A DNA stretch of 63,574 nt from Chiloscyllium plagiosum (lineage: Eukaryota), in NCBI RefSeq assembly GCF_004010195.1, contig NC_057756.1, forward strand, positions 9,516,151 to 9,579,724, in the 5' to 3' direction. Position 1 is the first letter of the stretch. Each line of letters begins with the position of its first letter. This document shows positions 62,170 through 63,574 of the stretch, one piece after another. A model generated the notes under the pieces. That model was not told where the DNA came from and did no database searches. It worked only from the letters and a program-made list of their open reading frames with translations. The translations under genes were made by a program, and so were the position numbers.

Positions 62170-63574
62170 ATGTGAAATAAGGGATCCAAGGCGAATAAGG
62201 GAAAGGTAGGCTTGAGCGTAGACAATGAAAAATACCCCGGGGTACCTGCCGATAGTCCGTTAGGTATAATGTTAAATAATTGGGATCAGGGTAGGAGAAA
62301 AGGAAAATCTAGAAAGAAGATGGTGAGATACTGTCAAATGTGGTCCCAAAAACGTATTCAGGGAGACTCAGTGTGGTGGCCTAAATTCGGCACTGATGAA
62401 GACTGGGTCCGGCAAGCTCTAATTTTATATGTCAATTCGAAACCTAATGTTACTCGGGAGGAAAGTGATTACGCCCTTTGTTGGCTAACAGTCACACTAT
62501 CTTGCAAAATGAAGGTAGCCAATGAAGACTCGAAAGGGCAGAAAGATCACTTACCGCCGCCCTACGTGACCCCGTCTGCCCCGCAAAATAGTCCTTCGGG
62601 TGGCGACGATTCAGGGGAAGGGGAAGAAAGCGGGGAGGAACCACCAGGTGCCTCAGGAGTACAGACTAGATCTCAAGCTGAAAAGAGTCACAGACGAAAC
62701 TCTGTCCTGATTGCAAGAATGAATTCACTCCAGGAAGTGCCCATGGGAGGCGCGGAAGGAGGGACGGGATATGTGAACGTCCCCTTAACGAGTACTGAAG
62801 TACGGGATTACAAGAGGGAGATGAAGGGCCTACTGGAGAACCCCATGGGCCTGGCTGAACAATTAGATCAGTTCCTGGGGCCAAATACTTACACGTGGGA
62901 TGAGATGTATTCCATCATGGGAACATTGTTCTCTAGCCAGGAGCGACAGATGATACGACAAGCTGCGCTGTTGGTCTGGGAGAGAGAGGGAGGAACAGGA
63001 GGGGAGCAGAAATTTCCCCTCACCGACCCCGGGTGGGATAAGCAAACGGAAGAAGGATGACGCAACATGAGGGACATGCGGGAATATTGGATAAAAGGAA
63101 TAAGGCAGGCAGCCCCGAATGGGCACAATTTTACCAGGGCCTTTGGGAATCATCAAAACCCGGAGGAAACCCCTACAGACTTCCTAGACAGAATTAGGAA
63201 GAACTTGCAGCAGTTCGCTGGGGTGGACCCTGAGACGGACGTGGGACAACAACTCATACGGGTACAGTTTGTATCAAAAGCCTGGCCGGACATACGAAAG
63301 AAGTTAGAGAAAATGGATGATTGGAATAGTAGACCTCTAAGTGAACTACTACGGGAGGCGCAAAAGGTGTTTGTGAGAAGGGACGATGAGAAGCAAAAGA
63401 AGGCGACAAAGATAATGATGCAGACGGTGCAACAAGTGACAGCTGGAAGGAGGGAAAAGGGGGAGCCGTGGCAGGAACCGGAAAGGGGAGAGTCGTGGCA
63501 AGAGCAGAGGAAAAGAGGACCGGGGCCGGAACAAAGGAAGGGTGGAGGAACTCGAGGCCGCGACAGGGAAACGA
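62170..63574 (+). pseudogene. gag: Gamma-like (HERV-I-related) ERV gag with two in-frame stops, runs off the window
   Basis: M*NKGSK start (likely GGA to TGA), VPADSPLGIML, WWPKFGT, PPPY and PSAP late domains, TGA at 63058-63060 then in-frame MHR QNPEETPTDFLDRIRKNL and PDIRKKLEK. Confidence 0.9.

Overview
Repeat-rich vertebrate DNA, almost certainly a shark/elasmobranch (HE1-type V-SINEs, HER1/CR1 LINEs), with three N-gaps. The centrepiece is a complete minus-strand PRDM9 gene. Eleven coding exons could be assembled by hand with GT-AG boundaries and consistent phases (~1297 aa): KRAB, SSXRD, zinc knuckle, PR/SET with all three catalytic tyrosines, a post-SET finger and a 24-unit 84-bp zinc-finger minisatellite that varies mainly at DNA-contact codons. 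A CpG/TATA promoter lies at ~47.5-47.8 kb. Notable details: a CR1 fragment inserted directly against the splice acceptor of the zinc-finger exon, creating a competing AG that leads to a stop; a deleted class I ERV sitting in the junction of a 5'-inverted RTE LINE in a PRDM9 intron; Penelope-derived hammerhead ribozyme cores; an old ~5 kb tandem duplication downstream; probable TRIM-like gene remnants upstream; and a HERV-I-like gag at the window end. All calls are by eye, without database searches.
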